A stretch of DNA of 64,000 nucleotides from Dicyema japonicum (taxonomy: Eukaryota; Animalia; Dicyemida), in contig RDEW01000024.1 in the NCBI GenBank assembly GCA_011109175.1, positions 365,199 through 429,198 of the forward strand, in the 5' to 3' direction. A model generated the notes under the pieces. The model saw only the letters and a program-made list of their open reading frames with translations. It made no database searches and was not told the origin of the DNA. Positions 50,871-63,357 of this stretch are shown in pieces (position 1 is the stretch's first letter; the number at the start of each line of letters is the position of its first letter). A program made the position numbers and the translations under genes.

Positions 50871-53800
50871 GGAAACTGGATACACTTAATTAGTTGTTTA
50901 CTTTAACTTCTATCTCTGTGTATCCGGGGTTAATAAATTAAATTAGCCAATAATAATATTTTTTTAATTCATATCAATTTATATAATACAGCCACGTGGT
51001 TCCATGTGGTGCTATCTGCTATTTGGTCAAAAATCATTTTCCTTCCCTCCGATGACGTCATTGGACCCACCTTACAGAGGAGACGCCCAATGCCTAGTCG
51101 GCATCAAGAGTCTGCGACTATTCTTCTCTCTGGGGATAATTTCGTTAACATGAGACAAGTTCTGGAACGCAGGAACGAGGCAGGATCAATGAGTTAGTTT
51201 GGTTAATTTAATTAGCGGATTATGGTCTATATCACTCTTTCAAGATATTATATTCAACAAATAAAGATAAGACAACTCCTGAGACGGTTGATAGAAATGA
51301 GAGATACAGGATGCGATCCCTCTCCAATAATGATGGACACTAAACCAACAATTACACCAATAATAGCATATGCTCCACGTGACAGATAACTTGTTGACTT
51401 ACAGAGATATTCGGACTTTATGAGGATTACTCTTGGGTCTAATTTCATTTTATTAAAGGATTCTTTTACTGATGGATTCGAATATATTAAAGGGAATATT
51501 TACGTAATCAGTTCTTCAAATAGACACTAATTCCCTATGCGGTTGCAGATTCTTAGATTAATGTCATTAAGCTCTTTGTCTTTTTTTATTTTTTGATATA
51601 AAACGCAATTTATTTATTCAAAAAGTCTTATATAACCATAATAAAATTCCGAAATTCTTTATTTGAAGTAGTTCGCAAAAAAACGGAACACCTGTATACA
51701 AGGGCAAGTAGAGAGGTTATATATCTTATTTTTAGGTTTAACCAATCTATAAAGAGGTGGGTGTCAGTTACAAGCGATTCAAATGATAAAACCTGAATAT
51801 ATTTAACTAATAAAGAAAAGTATATGATTATAACACTTCTATGCATGACAGAACTCGTCTATTATTTTTATGAGGTTAAGAAGTAAAAAATGAACTTGAA
51901 TGCTTAAATACTTTTTTCTAAGATGAATCAGTAGAAACAATTGAAATTCCAGAGGATCTACTACCTATACGGAAAGATAAGAAAATATATGCTTTGAAAA
52001 ATATTAAAAAGTCAGCATCAAAGATGACAAAAAAGAAGATGGAAATTCAACAAGAGGATATATTAATAGGAAATAAATTCATTATGTGACAAGATAATGA
52101 CGGTAATCAAAATACTAGATTTCCACTGCATGATCAAGTCTTTTGTTGAGACTACTTGTTAGTACTAAATGAAACAATTTAGATGCAAGTTGTTATCACT
52201 TATACGGATTTCATGACTATTTAAAATTATTATATTAACATTTGCTGTAAATAAAGCAGATTATGAATCACTTTTTGTGCAAACTATCTATTTTTTACCT
52301 GTAATTCATTGTATTACTTTTACTCCTTTAGACACATCGAAACTTGTGTTGTTTGATTTATTGAGACATCTCGTTAAGAGAATTGGGGAGGATATTCTTT
52401 ACTTTATGACTATAATAAGACAAACTTTCTGTGATATGTATTCGAGAGCCTATCTATGTCTTCATTATGCTTATAAAATTGTTAACTGTCTTGTTGAGTT
52501 GTAAGAGGAGAGGTCGTGTCTAGATGTTAGGCTGTATAATATTGAAGCTGTCTATTCTGAGTGCTTCTACACATTAATTTTCCATGTAATATATTGGTTT
52601 TCATTGAAGAGAGTTTGTTAATATTTAATAATGATAATTCAGAGAAAAGCGACTCGATTTATGGGATTCTTATTTTCCTATTTCCATGATGTTCAACTTC
52701 ATAAGGCAGGTAAGATATATTTGATTCCATTTTTGTGGTTGTCTTATTCCTAGATTTAAAGAAAACTTATAAATGTTTCATTTACAGATGGAGTTTAGAC
52801 AGCTCTTTGTTAGATTATAAGACGTAATATGCGTAGTACGTATGTTTCCAAAACTTGCTAATTGATTTTTATCCATTGTAACTATTAGCCCAAATTCATC
52901 ATATTTTACTTTTATTTTAAGTAAGTGAAACCACATTGAGTTTTTCGCATCTTATCAGTCTTTTCATTTGATTTGGAGTTCATTATGTTCACTATTGTTG
53001 GAAATAGTTTAGAACATAAGAATATTCATGCTACCATATCATTATCAAACAGCTTGTTTATATCACTTTTAATTGACGTATTCTTCACCAATCAGCTTAT
53101 CATTTCCTGAATTTATTCTTCTTAAAAACAATTTTGTTGTACGGTTTCTCATTTAATAATATTCTTTTAAAATGTGCCTTTATTGTATTTCTTATTTTTT
53201 CATCAACTAGTGAGCTCATGATCTTTTTATATATGTATTTATGTATTTCTTTTCCACAATGATCTAGGATTTTATAATGTGTGCAAACTCTTTTCATAAT
53301 AATGACTTTTTATTATTGTATGTAGTGGATTCAAAATAGTTTTTCTGTACTCAATTAAGCAATTCAGCTATTATTGGTTGATTCAAATTGTAATCTCTTT
53401 GGTGCAATATATCTGCTAGCCATCCTCAGTTTGCGTCTTCCACATAATCTGTGTGTTCTAAGTCTACCATTTTGTAGATTGATTAAAATCCAAAATTTTC
53501 AGTGGTAGTGTTTTCTTTACTAAAAAGTTCATCTACATTATATTCATTTTTTGTTAAAGTTTTTTTTAATGATTACTTTTAAATAAGTTATGCTTAAATT
53601 AGTCTTAATATCTTGTATAGCTCATCATGTTCACTATACATTCTATCACACATAGATTACACTCCAGTTGTATATTAGTTGCGCGAAGGTCCTGCTAGAC
53701 CCTATCCACTCCCTCTCACAATTATTACACCCTGATGTTGTTTTTTCTACATTATTGCTGCTTGCCTAAATATTTTCTGAAAAACTTATTATATTTATTT

Positions 53801-54978
53801 CTTGTCCATACAATAGTCTTCTCAAACACCTCCATCAGTTGATCTGAGTAGAACCGTTTACGTCTTAGCCTTGCTCAGTCAACAATGTTTAATCTCATCA
53901 TGGATAATAAACTTCTATCTCGCCTTTTAACAACTACCCTAGGCATTGGCTTGTTATTGTTTAAATTTATTGTGCTTTCATAAAAAGCACTATACATTCT
54001 ATAAAATTTCACCCCTAAATCATATACTGTTTTCATAACATCATCTTTGCTTAACATAGTGACATTAACATTTTTCAATTTATAAGTGATTTTTCAGATA
54101 GCACTTTCATAGAGTTGCTGATATTGTGAAGATTATTCTTAAGTTCATTTAATTTTTGGGTCCTCAAATATGTCTCTAAAATATGGCAACTCAATCATAA
54201 ATATTAAATTAGGGGAAAACAATTTCTTAATACAGATATTACCTCAGGCATGTTTATATTCGCAACAACATTATTGGTTCATACAAGCACTCCAAGCACA
54301 TACTTATGTATAATAACTTTTGTTCTTCTGTTAGTCGAGTCATTTCTGTCATTTTAATCTTTTTATAATTGACAATTTCCATCATCACATCTGTTATATT
54401 TATTATGCTTTCATGAATTAAATATCGTGACAATTCTTCCATTATAGATCTTAGATCTTTTACATTAATGCTTTTTGATAAACTGATTGTATCATTTGTT
54501 GTGTTATTAATTTGTCTTTTGATATTCCTCTGATTTTTAACATACTTTTTCAATGTTTCTTGGATCTAATTCAAACTCAATGAGGAACTCCTGCGTCATT
54601 TAAATCACAACTTCCAATTCATAATTTATACTCTTCTGATTCATATTATTCTTTTTGTTGTTGTTTTTTTTCAATAAATATTAGTTAAAAATAAAAGAAA
54701 TATCCATTATTAGTCATAATCTTGCTCTCACAAAATTTCCATGAAATTCTCTTCCATTTCCTTGATTCTGCTCCACATTTTCATTATCCATTCTCTCATT
54801 AATTCCTGTGACTTCTGATTGGATGGAATCCGCCAAGTCTTTCTACCAACAACTGCTCTGGTCCCATTATAGCATGGAAAGTAAATTTTAATATCATACT
54901 AGATACTAGTGTCACACAACCAAATATTACTACAAACAAGACAATCTTTTTTACTTTCTCAAGTAATCAAAGTTTGTT

Positions 54979-55294
54979 TACTTAATAATAAAGCCTTTTC
55001 ACGAGAGCCATAATATTTATAGCTCCGCATAGGCAGGACACACACTTTATTTAAGTAAAGAACAGTTAATTTTAACTAATCGTAGAACCAAGATCTTCAC
55101 TTCTTTTTTTTCTTTTTCTTGTGTGAGTGTTTATTCTAGACAATCCAGTTCCGCAGTGAGTATCCACTGATGACGGCGTCACTCGTCAATCCCTTTTAGC
55201 ATCTTAGATGCGTGGAACCTTCCACCAGGTGAACAGCAGCGAGATTCGAACCCGTAGCCTAAACCACTTAAGCCCGACACCTAACTACTATGCC
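54979..55294 (-). mobile_element. Full-length tRNA-derived SINE
   Basis: GGCATAGTAGTTAG A box, GGTTCGAATC B box, core and tail as in 34337-34653. TSD AGTTTGTT at 54971-54978 and 55295-55302. Confidence 0.93.
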
Positions 55295-55989
55295 AGTTTG
55301 TTAAATTGTTGATGATTATTATAATCATTTAACATTACTTTTGACCTTTCTCTTCTTTAAGTGATTTAATCTTGTTTACTACAGTTTCTATATTAACTTC
55401 TTTTTTTGTAATATTAACTAACAAATCACAATCCATTATCCTGTCACTCATATCTGGAGATATCAACTCTTTTCTATAATTTATATATTTTCCATTTATT
55501 GTGTGTGTTTTGGGTTTACATTGCCCTTCCACGTTTATTATATTATCTTCAGATCATATACACCAAGACAGCATTCTTTCTGTTTGTTCTTACTCCCAAT
55601 GAATGTTTTCCATACATAATTTCCTTTCTTAGCATACAGTCCATTGAAGTTCAAAAGATATATATCACTTATTGTTGGGATTAGAGGTGATGATGAATGA
55701 AGGTCTGACTCCTTTATCATTTTTGATTTGGACTCTCAAAGTCTGATGATTTGATGTAACTCGGTTGCAAAAGGAACAGAAAACATCTTTTACATCATCA
55801 AGTTTACGTACGTAGGTAAAGAGGGATGGTGGCCATATCGTAGACGAGTCAGATTTACTCGGATATTCTTCGGAAGAGAGGATTCTGATTAGTCGATTAG
55901 AGAAGGGGTCGAAATAGTATTTTATTATTATCGAGTCTTCGGATGGTTCTTGTGGAAACAAAATCGTGTATTTGTTTCAATCGACTCCA

Positions 55990-57060
55990 GAAATTAAGGA
56001 TGGAAAGGATGGAGGATAGCAATCGAGACAAGTCATGGGTTTTTATAATGATTTTTATTTAGTTTAGAGATTTGCATAGAGTGACAGGGAAGGTCTAGGC
56101 TGTAGGCTTGGGAGAGCAACTTACAGAGCTCTCATTTTTTAATTTTTGATTCCCAGTTAAGAAAAATCAACGGGGGTTGATTTGAGACATACACTTTTTT
56201 GATGTTTTGGATTCTCTGTAGTTTGTTGATAGAATTGAGGGATACAGAAGTTGAACCGAGGGGATAGTTAATTGTTGTTCGAATGATTTGTTTATGGTTT
56301 GACCCTCTGTATGGATATCCTGACACAACTTTCAATATGTTGCTGGAGGCCTTTGTCCACTGTGTCTCAACATGTTTCGAGAAAGTCTGTAGTTGGTCGA
56401 ATATAACTCCAAGTATTTTGGGATGTTTCGTTAGTGATTGTCCATGAATTTTTATTATAGTAAAAAATTTAGTTGAATGTGAATATAATGATGGTGAATT
56501 TCAGCGGGGAAGATGATTTGCTTCAAGCCACTTTTCAAGAGAGTTCGAGTTGTTCTGGAAATCCTGTCTTTAGAGGCGATGATCAGGTTTTTCCTATCGT
56601 TTTCTCCACTCGGTAGCGGAATGTCAGCCAAGAATAAGTGGAAAGTAGCGAGGGTCTGGGAGACCCTATTAGGAAATAGCCTAGAGACTGACCGAATGTT
56701 CTCGAGGCAGGCTAGTCCCCTCCCCAACTAAATAAGTTAGCTGCCAGAGTTTAAAATTCCCAGAATTGTCAGTCTGAAATATTTTCAAAGTAAGATTCTT
56801 GCTGGAGTCGGAGACTTACAATGTCAAGTGGAAAGAAAGGTCTTTTGATGTCTGGGTTTATTGAGAGTAACCTTAGACTCCTTGATCTCTTTTTCCCAAC
56901 ATATGAATAACTTTCTGGCAAAGAACCTCCAATCAAAATCATTAAATCATTTCTAAACTCCAGGACCCAGCCTCACAAAAATGAACTTTTGTCTTAAAGT
57001 CGACAGTGGAGTATGTCTTGCCTCATGTGCTTTTGGAATTTCAATTTCGAACATCTACAC
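55990..57060 (-). mobile_element. I-type LINE RT and C-terminal remnant
   Basis: FHLFLADIPLP, HPKYLGVIFD (~56430) and LKVVSGYP motifs. Confidence 0.65.
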
Positions 57061-57377
57061 GTTTAATCTTTAGGAGCAAAAATGGTCAACTTAACTAATT
57101 TCTTTGTCCAACTCAGTCTTAGGTCTATGATCTTGTCGTCTCTATGTCGACCGTTACAGAAGTGTTTTGTTATAGTGTATAACCCAGAGGTTGTCAACGG
57201 TGTGCCGCGGCACACTAAGTGTGTGCCGCAAGACAATTCTAGTGTGCCGCCTGCCAAATACAAATTTGAATAAATTTATATACATTTTTGACCTAATTAA
57301 TTTAAAAAGATAAACGAATTAAAATAATTACTAAAATTAAAATAATCATTTTTTTTATTATACATTAAATGATATTT

Positions 57378-60300
57378 TTGGTGAGGTGGTGACGTGCCTC
57401 GTTTTCTTCTCTGTACAACGGTTAAGAAAAATGTCTGAAAAACACTCATCATACAATCGAGAACTCAGGCTAATGACGTTCAACGTACGTAGAATATCGA
57501 AAGATTGGACAAGGAAAGTACTTTGTGACGATCTCGAGAAATACAAAATATCTATTGGTTGCCTAGAAAAGACGAAAATCGAAAATGGACGCTATGAGAT
57601 ATGGAACAACTACCGACTGATTCTCTTCCCAACTGAATGCAAGCACTACGGCATGGGATTTGCCCTACACGTGGATTACATCAAAAAATTACATCGCTTT
57701 TGGAGAGTCAACGACCGAATAATGTGTCCTACAAGTCAAACTAAATGAACTATGCCCGTCCAAGAGTCTACTAACCGTCATAAATGTCTATGCACCACAC
57801 TGTGGACGAGTAATCAAGAAACCCCAGTGAATCGAGGAATTCTACTTCAGAACTATCAAGCACATACTCTAACAATGCTTCCTCGTCCCTTGTTTTTGTT
57901 GCGGGAGATATGAATGCAAAGGCCGGAATCCGAATGGGGCCTGAAGAATCCTCTATTGGAAGACACGGGCGCGGAAGGAGAAATGGATCTGGAGCCTCTC
58001 TGGTAAACTTCTGCGAGGCAAATAGCCTTTTCCTGTGCAACACGGCCTTCACGCACTCAGCTTGCCACAAGACGACGTGGCACGGACAAAGAAAAAACTC
58101 TGTCGGAGAGACCGTGAATATATATAATCAAATCGACTACATTATCTGCCGAAAGTCTGATAAACACCTGATAAATGATGCACGTTCCTACCAGGGAACA
58201 ACAACCGACAGCGACCACAGGATCGTCATTGCAAAACTTTGTGTAAAAAAACCTGACTGGGAAAAAATACATTGAAAACGCGAAGAAGGCGAGACAAAGA
58301 CCCAATATATACTTTCAGACAGAAAAATTGTGGTTAGAGCCAACTTGTAGAGCTAAATATCACGAACAAATCGAGACTCTTATGGTGAAAACCGCACCGG
58401 AATCATCAGTACGAACTCTGTGGGATCAAACAAAACAGGCAATCTCCAAGTCGGCCAAAATATGCCTTGGAGTCCGAAATCATCACGCCCTAAAATTGGA
58501 TCACCACCCGAACGTGCCAAATATGGCAAAGCATTGCAGAGAGCTACGACTAAAAGCGGCAAACACGTCAGACGAGAGTAAAAAAAAGAGCTTAATATCC
58601 AACAAAGGGAACTAAAGTGGAAAATCAAAAAGATGAACAGAAAACATTCACGGGAAATTATTACATCCCTATTAAAAGATGTGGAATGCTAAAAGACAAT
58701 TCAAAGATGTATGCGGCTTTGTTGCGGACAAAGAAAGGACAAAACATCCTTCACATCAAAGACAAAGATGGAAAATTCGTGGGTAACCCGAAAGAAAAAG
58801 CAGAATTGATTGCACGACACTTCGAAACACTGTTGAATAAAGAAAATAATGACTTTCCCCCTTTCCAAGGAAAAGCAAAGGCGCTAAAAATCCCAATCAC
58901 AGTGGAAGAGGTGGAATTAGCGATAAATAAACTGAAGAACAACAAGAGTGCTGGGCCGGACAACATAAGCCCTGAGCTCCTAAAATATGGGCCAAAAAAA
59001 CTTAGCGACACAATTGCAAAAACCCTAAATGACGTCTTTGAAACTAATACCGATCTAGGACTTGGAAATGGATTATTAATACCCATACAAAAACCGAACA
59101 AATCAAAAGGACCAGTAGAAAATCTCCGCCCGATAATACTTCTGAATTCGATACGCAAGGTGCTGGCAAACATTGCACTAAGCCGGATAAAGGGTGTGGC
59201 GATCTATACCTACCAGCAAGTCAAAGTGGGTTCCGAGAAGGGAGGTCTACGGCAGACATTGTATGGAGCCACAGATGGCGCTGCGCAACGCACCAAAGAT
59301 TCAAGAGCGCAACAACCGTGTTGGGAATAGATCTCTCCAGAGCTTTCGACTCAATAAACAGACAGAAACTGATGAATGTGCTTGAGCAAATATTGGATGA
59401 ATCGTCGGTTAGGATAATCAGACTACTACTTGCGAACACAAGACTATCTGTGAGGACAGAAGGAGCAACTTCCCGCAGTTTCAAAACAACGATTGGGACA
59501 CCCCAGGGTGATTCCCTCTCCCCTTTACTATTCACCATATACCTTGAATCTGCACTCCGCGACCTCCGTAAATGCTATATAGGAGACATAGAAGAGACAT
59601 CTTATGCGGATGATGTGGATTTTGTATCACGGGATGTGACCGCACTCCAACACCTGCTAGAAAATGCACCTGCGGAGCTTGAGAAATGGTTTCTCAGCGT
59701 AAATGTTAACAAAACTGAAATTACGGAAATCAAAAGAGAAGACGATATTACTCAAAAGATGGAGACGTACTAATAAGCTCGGCTCTCTACTAGGAGACGC
59801 TGAAGATGTACTAGGAGGAAAACACTGGCAAATGCGGCAATGGCTAAACTGAAGAAAGGATGGCTAAGGGCCAAAGGACTTGGAATTGACATCAGATGCA
59901 GGCTTTACAACGCGTTTGTGAAACCGATCCTACTGTATAACGCTGGGACATGGGGAAGTTCCTTCAACGAACTATTGAAACTGGATTCGTTCCATAGAAG
60001 GCAACTAAGAAGCTTACTCGGAATGGAGTGGCCACGTAGAATATCAACCACTGGTATCTACAACAAGTGTATGTGTTCTTACATCAGCAAGGATGTGATA
60101 GATGCCCGGTGGAGGCTATTTGGGCATGTACTAAGAATGAACCCGGACGCACCCGCTAACAAAGCGATGGAAGATTACTTTGACAGATGCGAAAAACCCT
60201 TCCGCGGACGACCTAGATCGACACTTCCGACAGCCCTAAACAAAGACTTAAATCGTGTGAGAAAAAATTTAAAGACGGGAGACGACCTGGACGAATTGAG

Positions 60301-60422
60301 ATCACTCGCATTCGACAGAGGAAATGGAAAAGACTAACTATAAATATTGTTTCTTTGAGTGTTGCACATGCGGGGCTATAATCATTATGGCTTTCGTGAA
60401 AGTGCTTTAATAATAATAATAA
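57378..60422 (+). mobile_element. Near full-length RTE LINE (~3.05 kb, single APE-RT ORF with several frameshifts/stops)
   Basis: ATG 57431 (MSEKH...MTFNVRR), GDMNAK, SDHRIV, GIDLSRAFDS, GTPQGDSLSP, YADD, RWRLFGH and a (TAA)n tail. Probable TSD TAAATGA(T/C)ATTT at 57366-57377 and 60423-60434. Confidence 0.95.
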
Positions 60423-60479
60423 TAAATGACATTTACATTGGTTAACCATTATTTATTAATTTTTTATAACGTGCGCATC

Positions 60480-61036
60480 AACGTGCTTATGTGTAAATCA
60501 GTTCGTCGTTTTTATAAAGATTCTTATTTGTCATTTGGATTTATATGCAAAGATAAAAATAAACTACCTCAATGTCTAATTTGCATGGATTTTTGGCAAG
60601 TGATGCGATGGTTCCTAGCAAACTAAAGAGACATTTTACTTCCAAGCATCCGGACTATTCCAAAAAATCTGTGGATTATTTTATCCATTTGAAAAAACAA
60701 CTTAAGTATTATTTGGTTTTTACTATGAATCGTAGATCTAGTCAAATGATGTTCAGTGAAACTTTTTTAAACACAAAGGAATCATTGAAATGTTCATACC
60801 TGATCTCAGAAGTGATAGCAAAACAACTAAAACCTCACACTATTGGCAAAAACTTGATAATCCCTGCTTGTCGTATTATTGCTCGGACTATGTTTGGTCA
60901 TAAATATGAACAAAAAATAATGAAGATACCTTTGTCAGATAACACTGTTTCTCGTCGGATTTGTGCTGAAATGCGAGTGCCTTTGTTAACCATTCGACCT
61001 GATATTAATGATATATGCAAAAACAATAATAATTAA
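60480..61036 (+). pseudogene. Buster/ZBED8-like transposase remnant
   Basis: YLSFGF...PQCLIC, MVPSKLKRHF..KHP, KPHTIGKNLI and PLSDNTVSRRI fused directly to the C-terminal AEMRVPLLTIRPDI; the DDE core is deleted. Confidence 0.9.
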
Positions 61037-62967
61037 GAATTCATTTTTTTATTAATAAAAATTTGGGCATTAAATTACCAATTTTTGTACTTAGTTTTAC
61101 ACATCTTAAAAAATTAATTTTTTATTTTTTAATGTGTGCCGTGGATTATTTTTTACGATTAGTGTGCCGCGAGAATTATTTTTGAAAAGCTCTGGTATAA
61201 CCTGTCTTTGAATTAATAGTGGCAGTGTTATCTTTGTAGCATAATTATCATAATATTTTATTAAAATTAATTATTAAACACATATTTATATATTTATATA
61301 TAAAGACTTTTAAACGAGCATTCATCACAGCATAAAACAACCTCCTCATAAAACCGTTGTACTCATGTCTTTCTTAGGTTATCAGCCAATTTACATCAAC
61401 CTCATCGTAAAGTTATTAATTCGTCAACTTAATGTTAAAATGACAAATATCTTTGGAAAGTGAATGAACATACTTCTGTCTTAAAATCCATCCGTCATTT
61501 GACTAAAATGAACTGATCTCCAAATTATTCACGACATCCCTAAATTGTTCATCAACATTACTCGAACGGCACTGTTACATAATTGTAGATTATTTATCAA
61601 TAAAGAGCGTCTCCTGAGTAAAGTGGATCCAATGATTCAGAAGGAAGAAGTAACTAATCAAGTAGCTACATAGAGCACATGGCAAACGGGAAAATAATAA
61701 TTTATGTCATACCTGACAATTTCATGGAAAAAAATTATTTATTAAAATTGTTCAACAAATCACAAAAAATGCTTGGAGTAATTTTAGGTAAGCACACATG
61801 CTTCTCCCGACTAGGCGAAAATCTGGTGTGAAGTGCCAAGAGAACCATTCAGATGAAGCTTTTTAACTATCGAAATTGGTTTGTGGTCGCATATTGAATC
61901 ATAAGTCACCAAGGCTTTATTAATTACAGGGAAGGGGAACAAAGGGAGACAGAGTATTCTTGCGTTTTTGATGGCTCATTCATGATCGTCAATGGCCTCT
62001 GTGACAGCAGAAGTCTCCCTCTTATTTCGGAGGGTAGACTTAATAGCCACAACAGGTATTTTGCATTCATGTCCCCACAGATGGGAGCGTTGGCCAAGAT
62101 AGAAAGATCAGATAGTTCGGCTATAACAAAGTCATTCGGACATTAGCATGGTGGTGGGAATATATGCTAATAATGGAAATTTTTTTTATTTTGAAGTGGA
62201 ATTAAAATTTCAAAAAAAATAATTCCCGTTTATAGATTCTAACCGACATTTTGAGAACAAGGTAACTTCTCTGAAGAAAATGATAATTCTAAAAACTGTC
62301 TCAAAAACACTTGAGCCTTGTCACAGTTTATGAACAATTTATCTGACCCACGATGACGTGTGCAAACCCATAGTGGCCAATGCCGATTTCTCACTCCTCG
62401 TCCATGAAACTATCAGCAGTCAGAAGGCTGCATTAAATTTAATTGTACCAGAACACAAAATCTTAATAGAATTACAACAGAAACTCTTAAAGGAGGCTAG
62501 TCTACCGAATGCCCTCTGTTCCATAAACTATCAAAATATCTACAATCATAAAGTTTGAGTCGATGTCATGCCCAATTAGAAGTGCTGTATAGGATTATCG
62601 ACCCCACCGGACTCGTCCTCTCCCTTGTCGGTCTGGGATCACTTAGTTAATCGAGAACGTTTATTTCTTTCTCTTTGACTTAGTGAAAGAATAATAATTA
62701 TACAAAGACTTGTAGCTTCTTAAACAATAGACATGAAAACTTATTTAGTATAAAATGAAATTCTGGTTTTTATCTAATGGTGTCTCCAATTTTCTACACT
62801 TACGTTCGCTTTCTTCAGCCTAAAACTGCCTTCTGGTCTCATCCTCCTAAAACCCAATTATGATCAGACAAATAATTAGCAAAGCAATAGGACGCCAAAT
62901 AGACTCTACCTCCTTCTGATCAGTCCACTTAACACCCAATAAAATAAAGTAACGAAAACTATTAAAA

Positions 62968-63357
62968 CTATAAACTAGATCCATATGATCGTAAGGCTGA
63001 TTTGAATTTGCTTATCTTAACCTCTTCATGAGATATTTTTTGAATTGATTCTCGGATTTTCTAGTATTAGGTAATATTACAACATCAATATTATCCTCAA
63101 TAATCTTTCCTTCTTGTTCATAAGCATTGTACAAGTTCTCTTCGATGGACTGAAATGTGGTCATTACCTTCCAATAATGAAAATTAATTACTAGTTTTTC
63201 CATTTCTTCCTTGAATTTGTTTAGAATTAATATATCCTCATCTCTCTTTTTATTCAAATCAGAGATTATCTCCTGAAGTGAGTTGTTTAGATCAGTGGAA
63301 AAATTACTAATATTATTTAGTAGATTACCACTTCTGACTGTCTCCCTCCTGGCTCAT
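62968..63357 (-). CDS. SYCE2: SYCE2-like synaptonemal complex central element protein, 106 aa, 4 exons (63357-63329, 63306-63192, 63167-63084, 63060-62968)
   Basis: Introns of 22, 24 and 23 nt give 321 nt in frame: ...QEIISDLNKKRDEDILILNKFKEEMEKLVMTTFQSIEENLYNAYEQEGKIIEDNIDKIRESIQKISHEE... This aligns without gaps to the SYCE2 helical core as I recall it (QELIENINKSRQKD...LEERIYQIY...KII...KISHLE). Confidence 0.7.

Larger units (their letters stand above)
57185..61194 (+). mobile_element. hAT (Buster/Charlie-type) element, internally deleted, hosting an RTE
   Basis: TIRs CAGAGGTTGTCAAC and CAGAGCTTTTCAAA (reverse complement of the right end), subterminal GTGTGCCG repeats, and a perfect 8-bp TSD GTATAACC (nnnTAnnn) at 57177-57184 and 61195-61202. 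Confidence 0.95.

Noticed and set aside
57378-57431. HDV-like ribozyme in the RTE 5' UTR
   Set aside because: Two simple hairpins are possible, but I could not build the nested double-pseudoknot topology by eye; needs a descriptor search.
61300-62620. Possible Penelope or LTR remnants
   Set aside because: Only weak, ambiguous motif similarity; no diagnostic RT, GIY-YIG or protease motif recognised.
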